Shown here one piece after another: positions 1 to 13,579 of a stretch of 64,000 bases of DNA. The DNA lies in contig OZ231126.1 in NCBI GenBank assembly GCA_965153355.1, positions 5,146,001 to 5,210,000 on the forward strand. Direction: 5' to 3'. The first letter of the stretch is position 1. Every line of letters begins with the position of its first letter. This DNA is from Flaccisagitta enflata (Eukaryota). Both the position numbers and the translations under genes were made by a program. The notes beneath the pieces were generated by a model, which did no database searches, was not told the DNA's origin, and saw only the letters and a list, made by a program, of their open reading frames with translations.

Positions 1-731
1 ACCCCAGTCTAGGGCTGCAGAAATTTTTTTGCTTCCTACGAGGGCAATTTTCACATGTTTACCTTCTTACTGGCAATCTTATCAGCGTAATACCTCTTGA
101 AAGAAAAAAAAAAGAAGCAGAGATAGATACAGAAAGAAACAGAGACAGAAAAAAACTTACTCTCTATTTGTCTGTTTCTTTTCCTCTCTTTTTCCTCCTT
201 AATTTCTCTTTGACCTTTTTTCATTTTTTTCCATTTTTTTCTTCTTTTTTTTTTTCTTTCTTTTCTTCCACTTTTTTTCCTTGGCCTTCTTTTCCTTCCT
301 ACTTGCCTTGCTTGCTTCCTACGAGCGCCGCTCGCGTGCTCGGCCACTTTCTGCTGCCCTGCCCCAGTCGCTTGCGGGTGGGCAGGGGCCATATTTGAGG
401 TCACATGACCATTTGGGCAGTAGGGTCAAAGAATGAAAATAGTAGGGTCAAAAAATGAAAAGCATAAAAAAAGTAAAATGTGACCAACCAACAGACAGAC
501 CGACCAACAACGCGTAGCACGCGACTAAAAAGGCTTTCCAAGCATTTGGGTGATGGTAAGTAATCTACAAACCGCCCATAAAAGCACGAACTGTGAGGGA
601 CTGACCAACTGACCAACCGAGTGATAGATCGACAAAGCGGGATATTGAGCCGCTTAACACACAACTAAAAAGAAGTAAAGAAACTTGGTATATAAAGTCA
701 AAAGACACCTCCTTAACTCGAAGGCTCAGCC

Positions 732-2720
732 ATGGAGTTTCAGTCTCTATTCGCTCTTTTGACATTTTGTACGGGGGTGATTTTCACGTCAGTTGATATT
801 GGCAGTGACGTTGCCCTCGCTCAAGAGTACTGGTCCAACTGTTTCAAAAACGATTCTAACAAAACCATAGATAACAATACGGCTTATGATCCATCAAACA
901 GTCTAGATGCCGGTGATAACTGTGTTTTTACATTGCCGACAACGCTGTGGATCGCACTTTGCGGGATAGTTCAATTCTTCATTATAGCGCGTTGTCTGTA
1001 TCGTGGCGACGTGCGCCTGAAAGTGTTGCCTAAACCATTTCGGGCCCTTCTTCTCTGCTCCTCGCTTATTTTGCTTGGTCCAATTGTCCTCAACGTGTTT
1101 GGCGTTGCGCTGGTTCTTCAACACACAAATAACGACCGAAGAGCAGAAGATATTGTCAGGTATTCATAACAATGGAATGGCAAGATTCGAGATAGACCAG
1201 GCCAACTATAAGAAATATGTCCACACTCTGTCACATTGATTTTACGCTTACACATAGGGATGCTTCTCACTCATGAATGATGAAGTGCTATTTCTATAGC
1301 GCATGAACTAAAAGAAAGTACTAAAACACCCATAGGTAGATTTTTATCTATGAATCAGTGATAAACTGATGTCACAAAGTGTGGACATATTTCTTATAGT
1401 TGGCCCGGCGAATGTCGAATCATGCCAAATATATAATTGACTCTCAGGAAATGTAAGCAGAATCAAGGGTTTCATAAGCCGCTTCATGTTCTGGAATTGA
1501 TTTGCAGTAAATACGCTAGCAGAATTGTGGGTCCTTTTTCCTATTCATCCAGATAACACCTGTCCCACAATTATTGCAAAAGCTTCACTTCAAATAAAAC
1601 CATGAAAGGCATACTTCTAGTTGGCGCAGTTGTATGAAATTTGAACTGAAGCATTATAACACCTTTGGGTAACTACAGTTCAAATTTCATGTGACTGGGT
1701 CAACGAGAAGTATGCTTGTCATAGTTTTATTTGAAGCGTTACTTTTGCAATAATTGTGGGACGGGAGTTACACCAGTTTTAATGTAGGTCCTTAATCCTT
1801 TCATCCATTCTAAATTTCCATCCAGCTTGAAGTCCCTCATTTCGTTATTGCAAATTTGTGAGGTGACCATTGAGTCACTGCCTCAGTTGGGGACACAGTG
1901 GATGGCTGTGTTTGCAGAGTCATTAAAAGCCATTGATAATGATTCATCATTTGATGGTATGAGCGTCCTTCAATGTTTTTCCGTGTCCTCCTCCACATTC
2001 ACCATAAGCCTTACGATCATCAGTTGGACTGCTAAGAATCGACGTACTCATTGGATTCATCCAAAGTTCCCACCCGCGGCGTCATTCTTGGCGTTGGCTT
2101 GCCTTGTGGTAGCGGCCATTCTCTCTGGAACAGTTACATTGCGATTGTTTTTAGTACTTGTGTGCGTTACCGCTGATGCTGGTGATTACGATGAAGAGCA
2201 ATTGGTTCTTCTCATGATTATCGTACCTTGTCTTATGTTAGTTAATGCAATTTCAGCTTTATTCACCATCATTGTTATTCTCATGCCATGCAGTTGTAGT
2301 TGCTACAGTTTCCGATGTTGGCGCAATCTTCGCACAATAATTCACTTTTGCCTCAGCGGCGTGTTACCTGTACTCCTTTCGTATACAATCTTCAAAAATT
2401 CCCTACAATTGATTTTTTACATTGTATTGTTTAATGTACCCTACCTTTTTGCATTGGTCATTCTCTGCTCCATTGTTCATTTCTTCTTGGGGATAGCGAT
2501 ATTTTCTGGCCTCAATGTCGCGAGGCTTTTTTCCCCGGTCATTTGCGCATTTGTTTATGTAGTGCAGAAAATAGTCAACTGCTGTTGTTACCGCTGCTGT
2601 CGCCGAGAATGGCGCATGAAAATCAATGAGATGCTCGAAGATGTGGTGAGAGTTGAAGAGGATCGAGCAGCTGATGTGGAGGAAGGTGAGGGGGGTCAGA
2701 TGCTGGAACAGAGGCCCTAA
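732..2720 (+). CDS. XK-related (XKR/CED-8-like) multipass membrane protein; join(732..1159,1826..2720), 440 aa
   Basis: N-terminal TM followed by DIGSDVALAQEY, and CEVTIESLPQLGTQ, match the XK-family D-x3-D-x3-A-x2-Y and E-x3-ES-x-PQL motifs; many hydrophobic segments; donor AG|GTATTC at 1160 and acceptor TCCAG at 1825 join in phase (AG+C=Ser). Confidence 0.75.
1178..1427. mobile_element. MITE-like inverted-repeat element in XK intron
   Basis: GCCAACTATAAGAAATATGTCCACAC at 1201 is mirrored by GTGTGGACATATTTCTTATAGTTGGC near 1380-1404. Confidence 0.6.
1554..1770. mobile_element. Palindromic MITE in XK intron, TA at both ends
   Basis: TAACACCTGTCCCACAATTATTGCAAAAG ... CTTTTGCAATAATTGTGGGACGGGAGTTA; arms about 100 bp. 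Confidence 0.65.
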
Positions 2721-2913
2721 GCCACAATGTCAAAAAGAAAAAAAAAGACAGACCATGGCATCGAAAGCCAGACTTAGAAGCTATGTAAGCAAAACAAGTC
2801 ATGTTTAGCATGTATGGCAACCAAAGCCGCATTTTTACTTGGAAATCTTTCAACTTTGCAGCAAAAAACATTGCTGAATTAGAACGGAAAGTGCCAGGCC
2901 CAAAAGATTTAAT

Positions 2914-3515
2914 TAACCATGGCAAAAAAAAAAAAGAGACAAATTGTTTTTCAATGTTTCATATTCATCCAAAGAGAAAAACATAGCAAAATCCATGACC
3001 GTTTTTAAGATCTTCAAAAGATCTTCAAAATGGGACCATGCTGGTTGTTGTAGCCTTATTCGTTTAGAAATGACATAGGGATAAAGATAAGATAGTCAAG
3101 ACTGTAAAAGCCAAGTTGACAAAGCTGTACTTTTTGGTTAGTTCATAAAAAAACATAGAAAAAAAATATATTTGAACTTTTTCTTTAAGGTATTTTCAAA
3201 GATTTTTGAATTTTCTTTTATTCAAGACCAATCCCAGATCTGTAACTCAAACCGTTTAGAAGTTAGAGCTTGTCAAAGTGAATTACTTTTTTTTCAAAAC
3301 CTTTTGAATACAGTTAAATCACAAAATTGAATATGGCAATGTTTTCATTCATTCTTGTGCCATTTCTAAACGAATAAAGCTAGAACTACCAGCAACGTCG
3401 CGTTTGAAAGATCTTTTTCAGATCTTTCAAACGGCCATGGAGTTTTTATATTTCATATCGTTAGCTCAGCAGAAATAAGCTTGATAAGTTGTCTCTTTTT
3501 TTTTTGCCATGGTTA
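2914..3515. mobile_element. Fold-back/MITE element; a related arm lies at ~8640-8950
   Basis: TAACCATGGCAAAAAAAAAAAAGAGACAA ... TTGTCTCTTTTTTTTTTGCCATGGTTA; the GCCATTTCTAAACGAA block recurs near 8806. Confidence 0.65.
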
Positions 3516-5253
3516 GGTGGTTCAATTGTTGCTTATAAGAGGAATTTTTTTCATAAGAGATGTTCTGACTGCTGTTGAACTCCAGCTCTGCAGGATTTCA
3601 AGGAACCACTAAATAATCCCTTTTTATAAAAAAAAAATGTTAGTGGTTAAAGGAAGACATTAAGAAATCCAACATGGCTCCTATAATTAAATCATCTGTG
3701 TTTTGAAAATCAATTTTACATGGTCTGCTTGTTTTTTTTTTCTTTTTGTCAGTTGTGAAATATCGAAAATGTGCCCATATAAGGTTACACACCTCCAGCA
3801 AAAGAAGGTTCCATTTCCTGTTCTTTGATCCTGTCTTTTTTTTTTTCTGTTTTGATTTCAATGCCTCTTTTTCAATCTTGCCATGCCATAATCTCAGTTT
3901 TTCTAGCTATGGTGATATTTATACATGATTATGAAATCTCTGCAGGTTAATCAACTTCATTGAATAAATTGACATTTCTGTTTTTGTCGCATGAACGCTA
4001 CATGGTAGTCTATTTCTTAGTCTCGGTCTTGGTCATTTGGTCAGTCCCTTCAACTGTCAGTACACCTATTGTCTTTAAGTAACCCTCAAAAATCAACGAT
4101 TTCCTTGTCAATTCAGTAATTCTTAACAGTAAATGAATGTTTTATTGTTCATTGACTTTTTTTAATCAATGTTATAATTAAAAAAATACACTTGTCAAAA
4201 ATGCATTCATTAATGCAATTAGATTTTCCGTATTGCATAGATTTGTTTTTCTGTTGACATTGGCTACTCAAACAGTGGAGAAACAAAATATGTCTGTTGT
4301 TTGTTCGCAAGGAATTGTTGAAAAAGTCGAGATCAAAAGGTCACAGAATGGTAATTCATATCAGACAAAATAGGACAAGAACTAATACACGGCAACCTAA
4401 GTCGCGGATGGGTGGGCACGGGCAAAGATGGGGGGGGGGCAATGATGCACTTTGGTAGGAGCCGCGAGGCGAAAAAAACTCCAAATCAACAAATGTGGTG
4501 GACCAACGGACAAAAGATTACAAAAAGATCAAGCTCAACAAGTCATCATGACAGTGCCGAGACAAAAAGAGAGGAATGCAATTCCATGGCTCTGTTTAAG
4601 AAACTTGATTGTTGTTGATCTACCAAGGTTGGTGACACTTTAAAGTGGCGGTTACGCCTGGCAAGGTGATAAAAAAGCTTAAACGATCAAATTCACCCTG
4701 GTCATTTTTTGCCTGGCCGAAATATTTTAACATAAGCTTTTGAAAAAACATTGAAATCAATCGGGTTGATATTCAGTATCCAATTCATTGAAGTTTTGAA
4801 ACTTTTTTTAATTTACTGAAATCCGTTTAAACTTTGAATAGTCCCAGATGATAACTGTGCATGCTAGCGACGAAGCGAGTGCTCCAGTGGGTTTGAGAAA
4901 ACTGCAATCCCACCCATATGGCTAAAAACTGGCTCAGAACTGGCCAAAAATAAAAAATTGTGATTTTTGACTAAATTGAATGATTTGACTGGGCTTGCCA
5001 ACACGAATAGCAGTAGTGCAGCTTAAAATTGATAAAATTTTGGCTGGTTTAAATCTCCAGAAATGAGTAGAAAAAGAAAAAAACTCTTGACCAAGAAGAA
5101 CATCACAGATTTACAACTTTTTTTCCACTTGGCGATAGCTGCTTTCATTGGCAATAAAGAAAAGATCATCTTATGGGAACTCTTTCATTTCAATTTTGCT
5201 TCATTGTTAACTTCTTTCAGCTCATGTGACAGAATCTTGGCAAAGAATGAAAA

Positions 5254-5459
5254 AACAAGGCCGGATACACGGCTACCCCAGTCGCGTGCGGGTGGGCAGG
5301 GGCCGTATTTGTGGTCACTTGATCAATTGGGCAGGAGCAGTGAGGCCAAAGACCGCAAAAACCCAAAAAAAAGTAAAGTGTGACGGACCGACGGACCGAC
5401 GGACGGACGGACGGACCGACAAAGCGGGGTGTAGAGTCGCGTTGCACGCGACTAAAAAA
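5254..5459 (-). mobile_element. DINE-1/HINE-like non-autonomous Helentron, complete copy
   Basis: AACAAG-GCCGGATACACGGC hairpin, subterminal AGTCGCGT repeats, (GACG/GACC)n tract, AGAGTCGCGTTGCACGCGACT-AAAAA end. Confidence 0.65.
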
Positions 5460-5844
5460 TAGGCATAGTGTTACTGTTTGTGGAGGTAACCAAACAATAT
5501 GCGAGTGTTGTACGCCACTCACATTGTGCGTTTCAAATTACTTTTTGGTCACGACTCTCTAAGAAGCATTGTCCGTCCGTCGCTTCAGGCCGTTGGTCTA
5601 TTTGTCAATCCGTCCGTTGGTCCATCTTGCATCACGCTCAAGTTTGAGGGTGGGAAAACGCATATTTCAGATGCCGCAGTCGTGAATACATGTGGGGGGG
5701 GGCGATGGGGTAGTGCTTCTCTTCACCGCGTTAGTGTTCTCCATTCACAAGCTCGCTCCCTCACTTCGCTCACTCCCTGGCTGTTAGGTAAGAATCTATA
5801 TGTGTCCACGCTTTTAAGTTGATAAACGGAAATTATCGCAGATG

Positions 5845-6490
5845 TTGTGGTCAAAGGAAACACACCCATGTTGAGATAAAGATAGAGACATAAGAAATAA
5901 AAGGAAATGAGACAAAGATAGAGACATACAGATTAACGGAAATGATCGCGGTTGTTGTTGTCAGTGGAAACACGCCCATGGTGAGATAAAGATAGAGACA
6001 TAAGAAATAAAAGGAAATGAGACAAAGATAGAGACATACAAATTAACGGAAATGATCGCGGTTGTTGTTGTCAGAGGAAACACGCCCATGGTGAGATAAA
6101 GATAGAGACATAAGAAATAAAAGGAAATGAGACAAAGATAGAGACATACAAATTAACAAAAATGACCGCAGTTGTTGTTGTCAGTGGAAACATGTTCATG
6201 GTGAGATAAAGATAGAGACATAAGAAATAAAAGGAAATGAGATAAAGATAGAGACATACAAATTAACGGAAATGATCGCGGTTGTTGTCGTTGGAGGAAA
6301 CACGCCCATGGTGAGATAAAGATAGAGACATAAGAAATAAAAGGAAATGAGACAAAGATAGAGACATACAAATTAATGGAAATGATCGCAGTTGTTGTTG
6401 TCAGTGGAAACACGCCCATGGTGAGATAAAGATAGAGACATAAGAAATAAAAGGAAATGAGACAAAGATAGAGATGTACAAATTAACGCA
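5845..6490. repeat. 110-bp tandem repeat, about 6 copies
   Basis: GAGATAAAGATAGAGACA recurs at 5873, 5983, 6093, 6203, 6313 and 6423. Confidence 0.95.
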
Positions 6491-6663
6491 CCCTTGGTCT
6501 TCTTTTCTCCAAGAAATCTCCACTCAGTTTGGCTTTTATTTCAGCGTGAAGCTGCAGTCCATCCTGCATCGGACATCAACAGGCTAAATCAAGCTCAATT
6601 ACTCTCACCTTCTATTTCCTCCTTCTCCTCTCAGAGTAGATCTCTGTTGTTTATTCCTCTCTC

Positions 6664-7035
<372 letters not shown>

Positions 7036-7137
7036 CTTAGTTTCGCAGTGTAACTATAACCTCAGGTTTCCTTCCTCATCTGTTTGTTCTCCTTACCTTT
7101 TGAAAAAAAATCCCATTTTCTTAGATAACGCCTAACG

Positions 7138-7256
7138 CTTTTTAGGTGCGACAAAGCACCTCTATAACTGGCTGTGTCCGTCTGTCGGTTGGTCGGGTAA
7201 CGCATTCGTTCAACGATCCACACGTCGCACCTTATTGGCCTACTTGGCCTTGTTTT
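7138..7256 (+). mobile_element. HINE-like element, second subfamily (near-identical copy at 11301-11445)
   Basis: TTTTAGGTGCGACAAAGCACCT ... GTCGCACCTTATTGGCCTACTTGGCCTTGTT with internal GTCG repeats. Confidence 0.6.
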
Positions 7257-7567
7257 TTTTCGATGAGCAAATCTCAAAGTTAACCTCTACTTATTATGAA
7301 CCTCTTACCGTGACACCGTCGCGTCCCCTTCTTTTACCATCGCTTATCTTAAAAGTCTCTTGACGGACCATTTACAATATCCTTAATTTCCCCCTTGATT
7401 CTGACCTCTCTCAATCATTTTTGGTCGTGTCCTACGCGACTCAAAAAGTCATTTTTCGTTTGGTCTTTCCTACAGTCTGTTTTTTACGTTTTTTTGATAC
7501 AACATGAATTTAAAAAAAAGACGCGGCCAGGAATCTCGATGGAGAAAATCTCAATTTTAAGGGTTAT

Positions 7568-8572
7568 GAAAAAAAAAAATGGACCCATCCCAGGTTTTTG
7601 CACAGGGAACCTAAAAAAGCTGTAGAACAAGATTCTGATGTTCATTTTGACCTAACTTGAGCCAAAAAAAAAAGAAACGGGTTTTAGTGCAAAAAACAGC
7701 TATTTTTCCTAAAAAAATGGCATCAAATGAAATATTTTGGCCCTTTTTTTTGCAGAAACATAAAGTACCAATAGTAATTGATATTTGAGTGAATGTAGAA
7801 CAATTTTCAATAGGTCTATGAGGTTCAAAAATAGCATCAAAATGCTCAAAAATGAAGAAATGACCTAAGAATTAAAAAATTGTCAAAACTGATGATTTGG
7901 AACAGTTTCTTAGGGAAAAATATGCTGTCAGCATGAATTTCATCGATTTACTTAAAAAAACATGGCCGTGATAAGCGAAAAACGCAAAACCGCAATATGC
8001 AAATGAGATCAAAATGCGATTTTTGCAAAAAATGGCAAAACATGTTTTTTCTTTTTATAGAAGCTAAACACAATAAAATATTGAGTACTTACCTTTCCAA
8101 AGCCATTTTTTACAAAAACCGTTCTTTGACCTCATTTGCATATTGCGGTTTTGCGTTTTTCGCTTATCACGGCTATGTTTTTTTAAGTAAATCGATGAAA
8201 TTCATACTGACAGCATATTTTACCCTAAGAAACTGTTCCAAAACATCAGTTTTGACAATTTTTTAATTTTTAGGTCATTTCTTCATTTTTGAGCATTTTA
8301 ATGCTATTTTTGAACCTCATAGACTGATTCAAAATTGTTCTAGAGTCACTCAAATATCAATACTATTGGGACTTCACGTTTCTGTAAAAAAAAAAGTCAA
8401 AAAAATTTCATTTAATATTTTTTTTTTAGGAAAAATAGCCGTTTTTTGCAATAAAAACCGTTTCTTTTTTTTTTTTTTTGCTCAAGTCAGGTCAAAATGA
8501 ACATCAGAATCTTGTTCTACAGCCTTTTTAGGTCCCCTGTGCAAAAATCTGGGATGAGTTTTTTTTTTTTTT
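7568..8572. mobile_element. ~1-kb fold-back element with ~470-bp inverted arms
   Basis: CATCCCAGGTTTTTGCACAGGG...GAACAAGATTCTGATGTTCATTTTGACC is mirrored at 8490-8556; the arms continue inward to about 8040/8100. Confidence 0.85.
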
Positions 8573-8981
8573 TAAGAATTTTGCAAGTGAGACTTCTGGC
8601 CGGACGCACCTTTTCATTTGCTGATAAAACTGACTCAAAAAGTGTTAAAAAATTTTTTTAGAGGAAGTGATTTTGAAGATTTTCAAATTATCTTCGACGG
8701 TTTAGGAGCTAGAGCTCTCTAAAGTGAGACACCATTTTGCTGAATTGCATCTTTTTCAAAGGAACTGCAAAAAAAAATTTGGCAACATTTTTACTCAAAC
8801 TAATGCCATTTCTAAACGAAAAAAGATAGAGATACCAGATTGGCGCCACATGAAAGAGTTTTTTAAGAGCTTCAAAATGGTCTAAGATTTTAATTAGTTT
8901 TTTTGATTTTCAATGGCGTAATTAGCCATTCAAAAGTGCGTCTTTTTTTTAAATTCATGTAGTATTAAAGAAGACATCTAA

Positions 8982-9162
8982 AACAAGGCCGGATACACGG
9001 CCACCAGTTACGGACAGGTGGGTAGGGGCGGAAATGCGCGTTTTCCCACTTTTCAACTCGATCATTACGGACCGACGGACAGACCGACGGACGGACGGAC
9101 CGACGGACCGACAGACCGACGGACAAAGCTTCTTATAGAGTTGCGTGTCCGCAACTAAAAAA
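8982..9162 (-). mobile_element. HINE-like copy
   Basis: AACAAGGCCGGATACACGGC ... AGAGTTGCGTGTCCGCAACTAAAAA. Confidence 0.65.
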
Positions 9163-9193
9163 AGCTTATTCAAAGATAATTTTGAATGTTTTA

Positions 9194-9225
<32 letters not shown>

Positions 9226-9592
9226 GCCTGTGTGTCTGTCTGACTTTTTCTGAAAATGCGGATGAAAGTGACGTTGCATTGGTTCAATGAACTTGTTTTT
9301 TTGTGGGGTTGTAACAAGCTCGCATGATCATGAAAGAATACCCAGCATGAAGCAGTTTGCGCCACATATGTAATGCCCTCCATCTCATTCTTCCACTCCC
9401 TCCACTAATTCTCTCTCTCTCCTCTCTTCCTTTTCTGCCTTTTCTTCTTCCCCTCCCCTCGTTCTCCTTCTCCCTCCATTTAATCACACTCTCTACTCTC
9501 TCCTCACCCTCCTCTCCATTTTCACTCTCCTCCCCATTTTTCCTATTCAGTCACTGTTGAATTCCTAAACGTCGTTTCTCCAGCCTGGAGGA

Positions 9593-9646
<54 letters not shown>

Positions 9647-9702
9647 TTTCTCTCCCTCGGTCTCCATGGGGAAAAGCTGACTAGCACAATCGTCGTCATC
9701 GA

Positions 9703-9733
<31 letters not shown>

Positions 9734-10504
9734 ATCGACGTCATCGTCGTCTCCTTCACCCTCGTCATCGTCGTTGTCGTCGTCGTCGTCGTCGTCGTCG
9801 TTAAAAAGCTCGCAGCAACAGACTACGGAGGGGACAAATCCTATTCCTAATGCCACACCATCGGTCTAACAGGCTAGGGCCAGAAAGTGAATTACAAGCG
9901 CGTGAGACTTGAGAACGAGTGGAGGAGGAAAAGCTGAAAAGGGAGGAACAGGAAAACGAATGGATGGACAAACGGACCAACAGACGGATGGACAGACCCT
10001 CTTATAGAGATGCGTTCCTGACGGACGCACTTAAAAACGAACCAGGCCGGATACACGGGCCAAGACGGCGCGCCTGGCATTGTTGATTCTTAAACCTATC
10101 CCGAGCTCTATCAGAACCAGGCTACCAGCACCATACCGAGCTAAAACAGACCCAGCTTAAGCAACTATCAGAGCTAGATCCATCCTAGGCTCTATCAGAC
10201 CTAGCTTAAACAGCTGTCATGTCAAACCTAACCAAAGCTGAATATGAAAATGAATGAAATGACGAGGAACATGAGTGATGAATGATGAACGAGATGAATT
10301 TTTGAATGAATTGAGACATTTTCCTCGATTTTTCACTTAAGCATGACGGACGAACGAACGGACCATACAACCGACCAACGGACCAAAGGAACATTGTTGA
10401 GTAGAAGTAAAGAGGGGGGTGGGCAAAGAAAATGTCACCATGATAGAAGAATAAGTTGTGGAATCAGGATTGAGGAAAGGAAGAAAGTGGTTGAAAGAAG
10501 AGGT

Positions 10505-10754
10505 TTTCTTTTTCTTTTTCTTTTTCTTTTTCTTTTTCTTTTTCATTTTCTTTTTCTTTTTCTTTTTCTTTTTCGCTTTCTTTTTCTTCTTTTTCTTCTC
10601 CTTCTCCTTCTCCTTCTCCGTTTTCATTTTCATTTTCATTTTCATTTTCATTTTCATTTTCATTTTCATTTTCATTTTCATTTTCATTTTCATTTTCATT
10701 TTCATTTTCATTTTCTTTTTCTATTTCTTTTTCTTTCTTTTTTCTTTTCCTTCG

Positions 10755-10785
<31 letters not shown>

Positions 10786-10960
10786 CTTCTTCTTCTTCTT
10801 CTTCTTCTTCTTCTTCTTCTTCTTCTTCTTCTTCTTCTTCTTCTATATCTTCTTCTTCTTCTTCTTCTTCTTCTTCTTCTTCTTCTTCTTCTTCTTCTTC
10901 TTCTTCTTCTTCTTCTTCTTCTTCTTCTTCTTCTTCTTCTTCTCCTTCTTCTCCTTCTTC
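10505..10960. repeat. Compound microsatellite (TTTTTC)n,(TTTTCA)n,(TTC)n
   Basis: Direct reading. Confidence 0.95.
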
Positions 10961-11508
10961 TTTTGATAAATCATCTGTCCCCACACCATCTTGCTCTTCA
11001 AATCCTCCTCCTCCTCCTCCTCCTCCTCCTCCTCCCTGAAGCCCGGCCTCCTCCTCTACCTCCTCTTCCCTTTCATATTTGCTTAACAAACCTCGAATTC
11101 TGTTACGCCCTCAGACAAACTCTTGCCACCTCCCTCCCCCCCTTTTCTTTTCACCCCTCTGGCCAACTCCCCCGTACCGCCCTCATTTCACCCCTTAGAC
11201 TAACTCCCCCCTCCCTTCATTTCACCTCTCAATGGATCAGAATTGTCCCTCCCCCTTCCCCTTGAATCAAATGAGGGAGTAGCTGCTCCATTACCGTTCA
11301 TTTTTAGGGGCGACAAAGCACCTTTATAAATGGCTGTGTCCGTCGGTCGGTCGGTCGGACGGTTGGTTGGTCGGTCTGTCGGTCGGGTAACGCATTTGTT
11401 CGACTATCCACACGTCGCACCTTATTGGCCTACTTGGCCTTGTTTAAATTTTGTTAGATTCGACTGTTTAGTTTATTATGAGTTAGTCGTCTAGTATGCA
11501 ACTCTACA

Positions 11509-11592
<84 letters not shown>

Positions 11593-11836
11593 AAAAATCA
11601 TAAAAGATTTGCTTTGTTTAATGGAGTTAAGGTCGACTAATTTCACGACGAAATTACAGCAAATCTGTCATCAATTTTTACGTTAAGTTTTTCATTGCTT
11701 TCTGCCTATATCTTCCTCTCTGTCTGTCTCTGTCTGTCTGTGTCTCTGTCTTGTTGCCTGTGGCTTTAGCTCTGTCTGTCTGTGTCTCTGTGGCTCTGTC
11801 TCTTTGTGCCTTTGTTTTGTGTCTCTGTCTTTGTCT

Positions 11837-11922
<86 letters not shown>

Positions 11923-12531
11923 TGGGAGACTTGTTATTTGTCAGGGGGGAAAACTAAATTGCACAAGTTGATCAATATCCAAAAAAGACTTTCCAAAACC
12001 CTAAACATGACTGAATTCACGCTTTTAGCTTCCCGGCGCCACTTTTATTGATTTGTCGCTTCGCTCACTTCGCTCATTCAAGTCATGCATAATCTGCATG
12101 AACAAAAAAATTGAGCTAGTTTCTTCATACAGTACCATGTGTTTTCCACATTTATTCACCTCACATGTTTTCCACTGCCAGGTTTTTTACTGTTATCAAA
12201 TGATTTGCCAATTTTGTCCAAAATTGTTCAGGTTTATTGTCGTTTGTTACAGATGGCGTAGGAACCTTATCATTAATGTTATAATTAAAAAGGATTTTTT
12301 CGTTTTGGAGGATTTTACTATCTAGCTCAAAAGTATAGACACAAGCATTTTTGGTAATATCTCCGCTTAGAATAAAAAATTGATAAAAAAATCAGTGAGA
12401 TTCAGAAACTAAATCGAATTTTTGATTGAATGGCACCAACCGCGTTCCTCTAAGTTAAAGCGTTAAAAAATGACAGACAAAACAAAATTGCTACTCCAGA
12501 CAAAAAAATAACAAAAAATTGCAGTTAGCTG

Positions 12532-12834
12532 ATGGAAGATGGCGCTCCAGCAATTAATGCCGCTACAATAAGGCAATGGCACATAAAACAGGGTGTCAAT
12601 CTCTTTGGTAGTTGGCCTGGAAACAGTCCCGATCTAAATCTCATTAAATCATTTTGGTCTCAAATGAAGCAGCCTCAAAACAAAAAACATGCAATGACAG
12701 CTGCAGGGTTGAAAAAATTGCTTTCAAAATCTGGGGAACATATTTCACCAGCTTACCTCAAATCTCTCTACGAATGCATGCTGAAGTGTATAAAGGTGGT
12801 TGTTACTGCTCAGAAAGGATACTCTAAGTATTAA
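12532..12834 (+). pseudogene. Tc1-family DD34E transposase C-terminal remnant
   Basis: EDGAPA...WPGNSPDLNLIKSFWSQMK matches the Tc1 QDGAPAH / WPxNSPDLNPIENxW motifs; catalytic E replaced by K; N-terminal part absent. Confidence 0.8.
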
Positions 12835-13579
12835 ACATATTCTGGAATTATATAACACACTATTCATCAAAAAGAGTAATTCATGCTTATCTTGTGTCTA
12901 TACTTTTGAGTAGATAGTGAGTGACAATGTTGTGGAATTGTGCCCAATTGGTTCAGGATGATAATCACCAACGGGAACACTCTGTAAACCACTTTCTTTA
13001 CATTGCCTCCTCTCTCTCTTTCTCCTCCTCCTCTACCTCCACCTCCTTCTCCTCTGCTTCCTTCTCCCCCATCTTTCTTTCCTCCACCTCTGTTTTCCCT
13101 GATAGACGCCCCCACCCTCTTTCTCTTTCTCCTCTTCCTCTCCTCCACCTTTATTTTCCTTATAAGACCCCCACCCTACAAATTCCCACTTTGTTTATGA
13201 CCTGCGAAGTGGTGCCAATTTTCATTTGAATAACCATTTCATCACCTCATCAGCTATCACCCTAACAAATCTATCACCCCATCACCCCTGTCTTGTGAAA
13301 TTCCATCTCCCATTTCTCGCTCTAACGTATCAACCTAATCTGAAAGAAAGCATATCTCCTAACTTGATCAACCTTATCACCCCTATCACCCCTTTTCAGT
13401 TATTACCTCTTATCACCCCTTATCACCCCCTATCACCCCATATCACCCCATATCACCCCATATCACCCCTTCTCATCCCCGACGCGTTAATCTCTCTCAC
13501 CGCTGTCTCGATCGAGACCATCGCCCCTGATTCGTTCCATGCCATTTACCACTCTCCCTATGACCTTCTCACCCAAAGA

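Noticed and set aside
12129-12960. Intact Tc1 element
   Set aside because: Only a C-terminal transposase fragment lacking the catalytic Glu; matching terminal repeats could not be confirmed.
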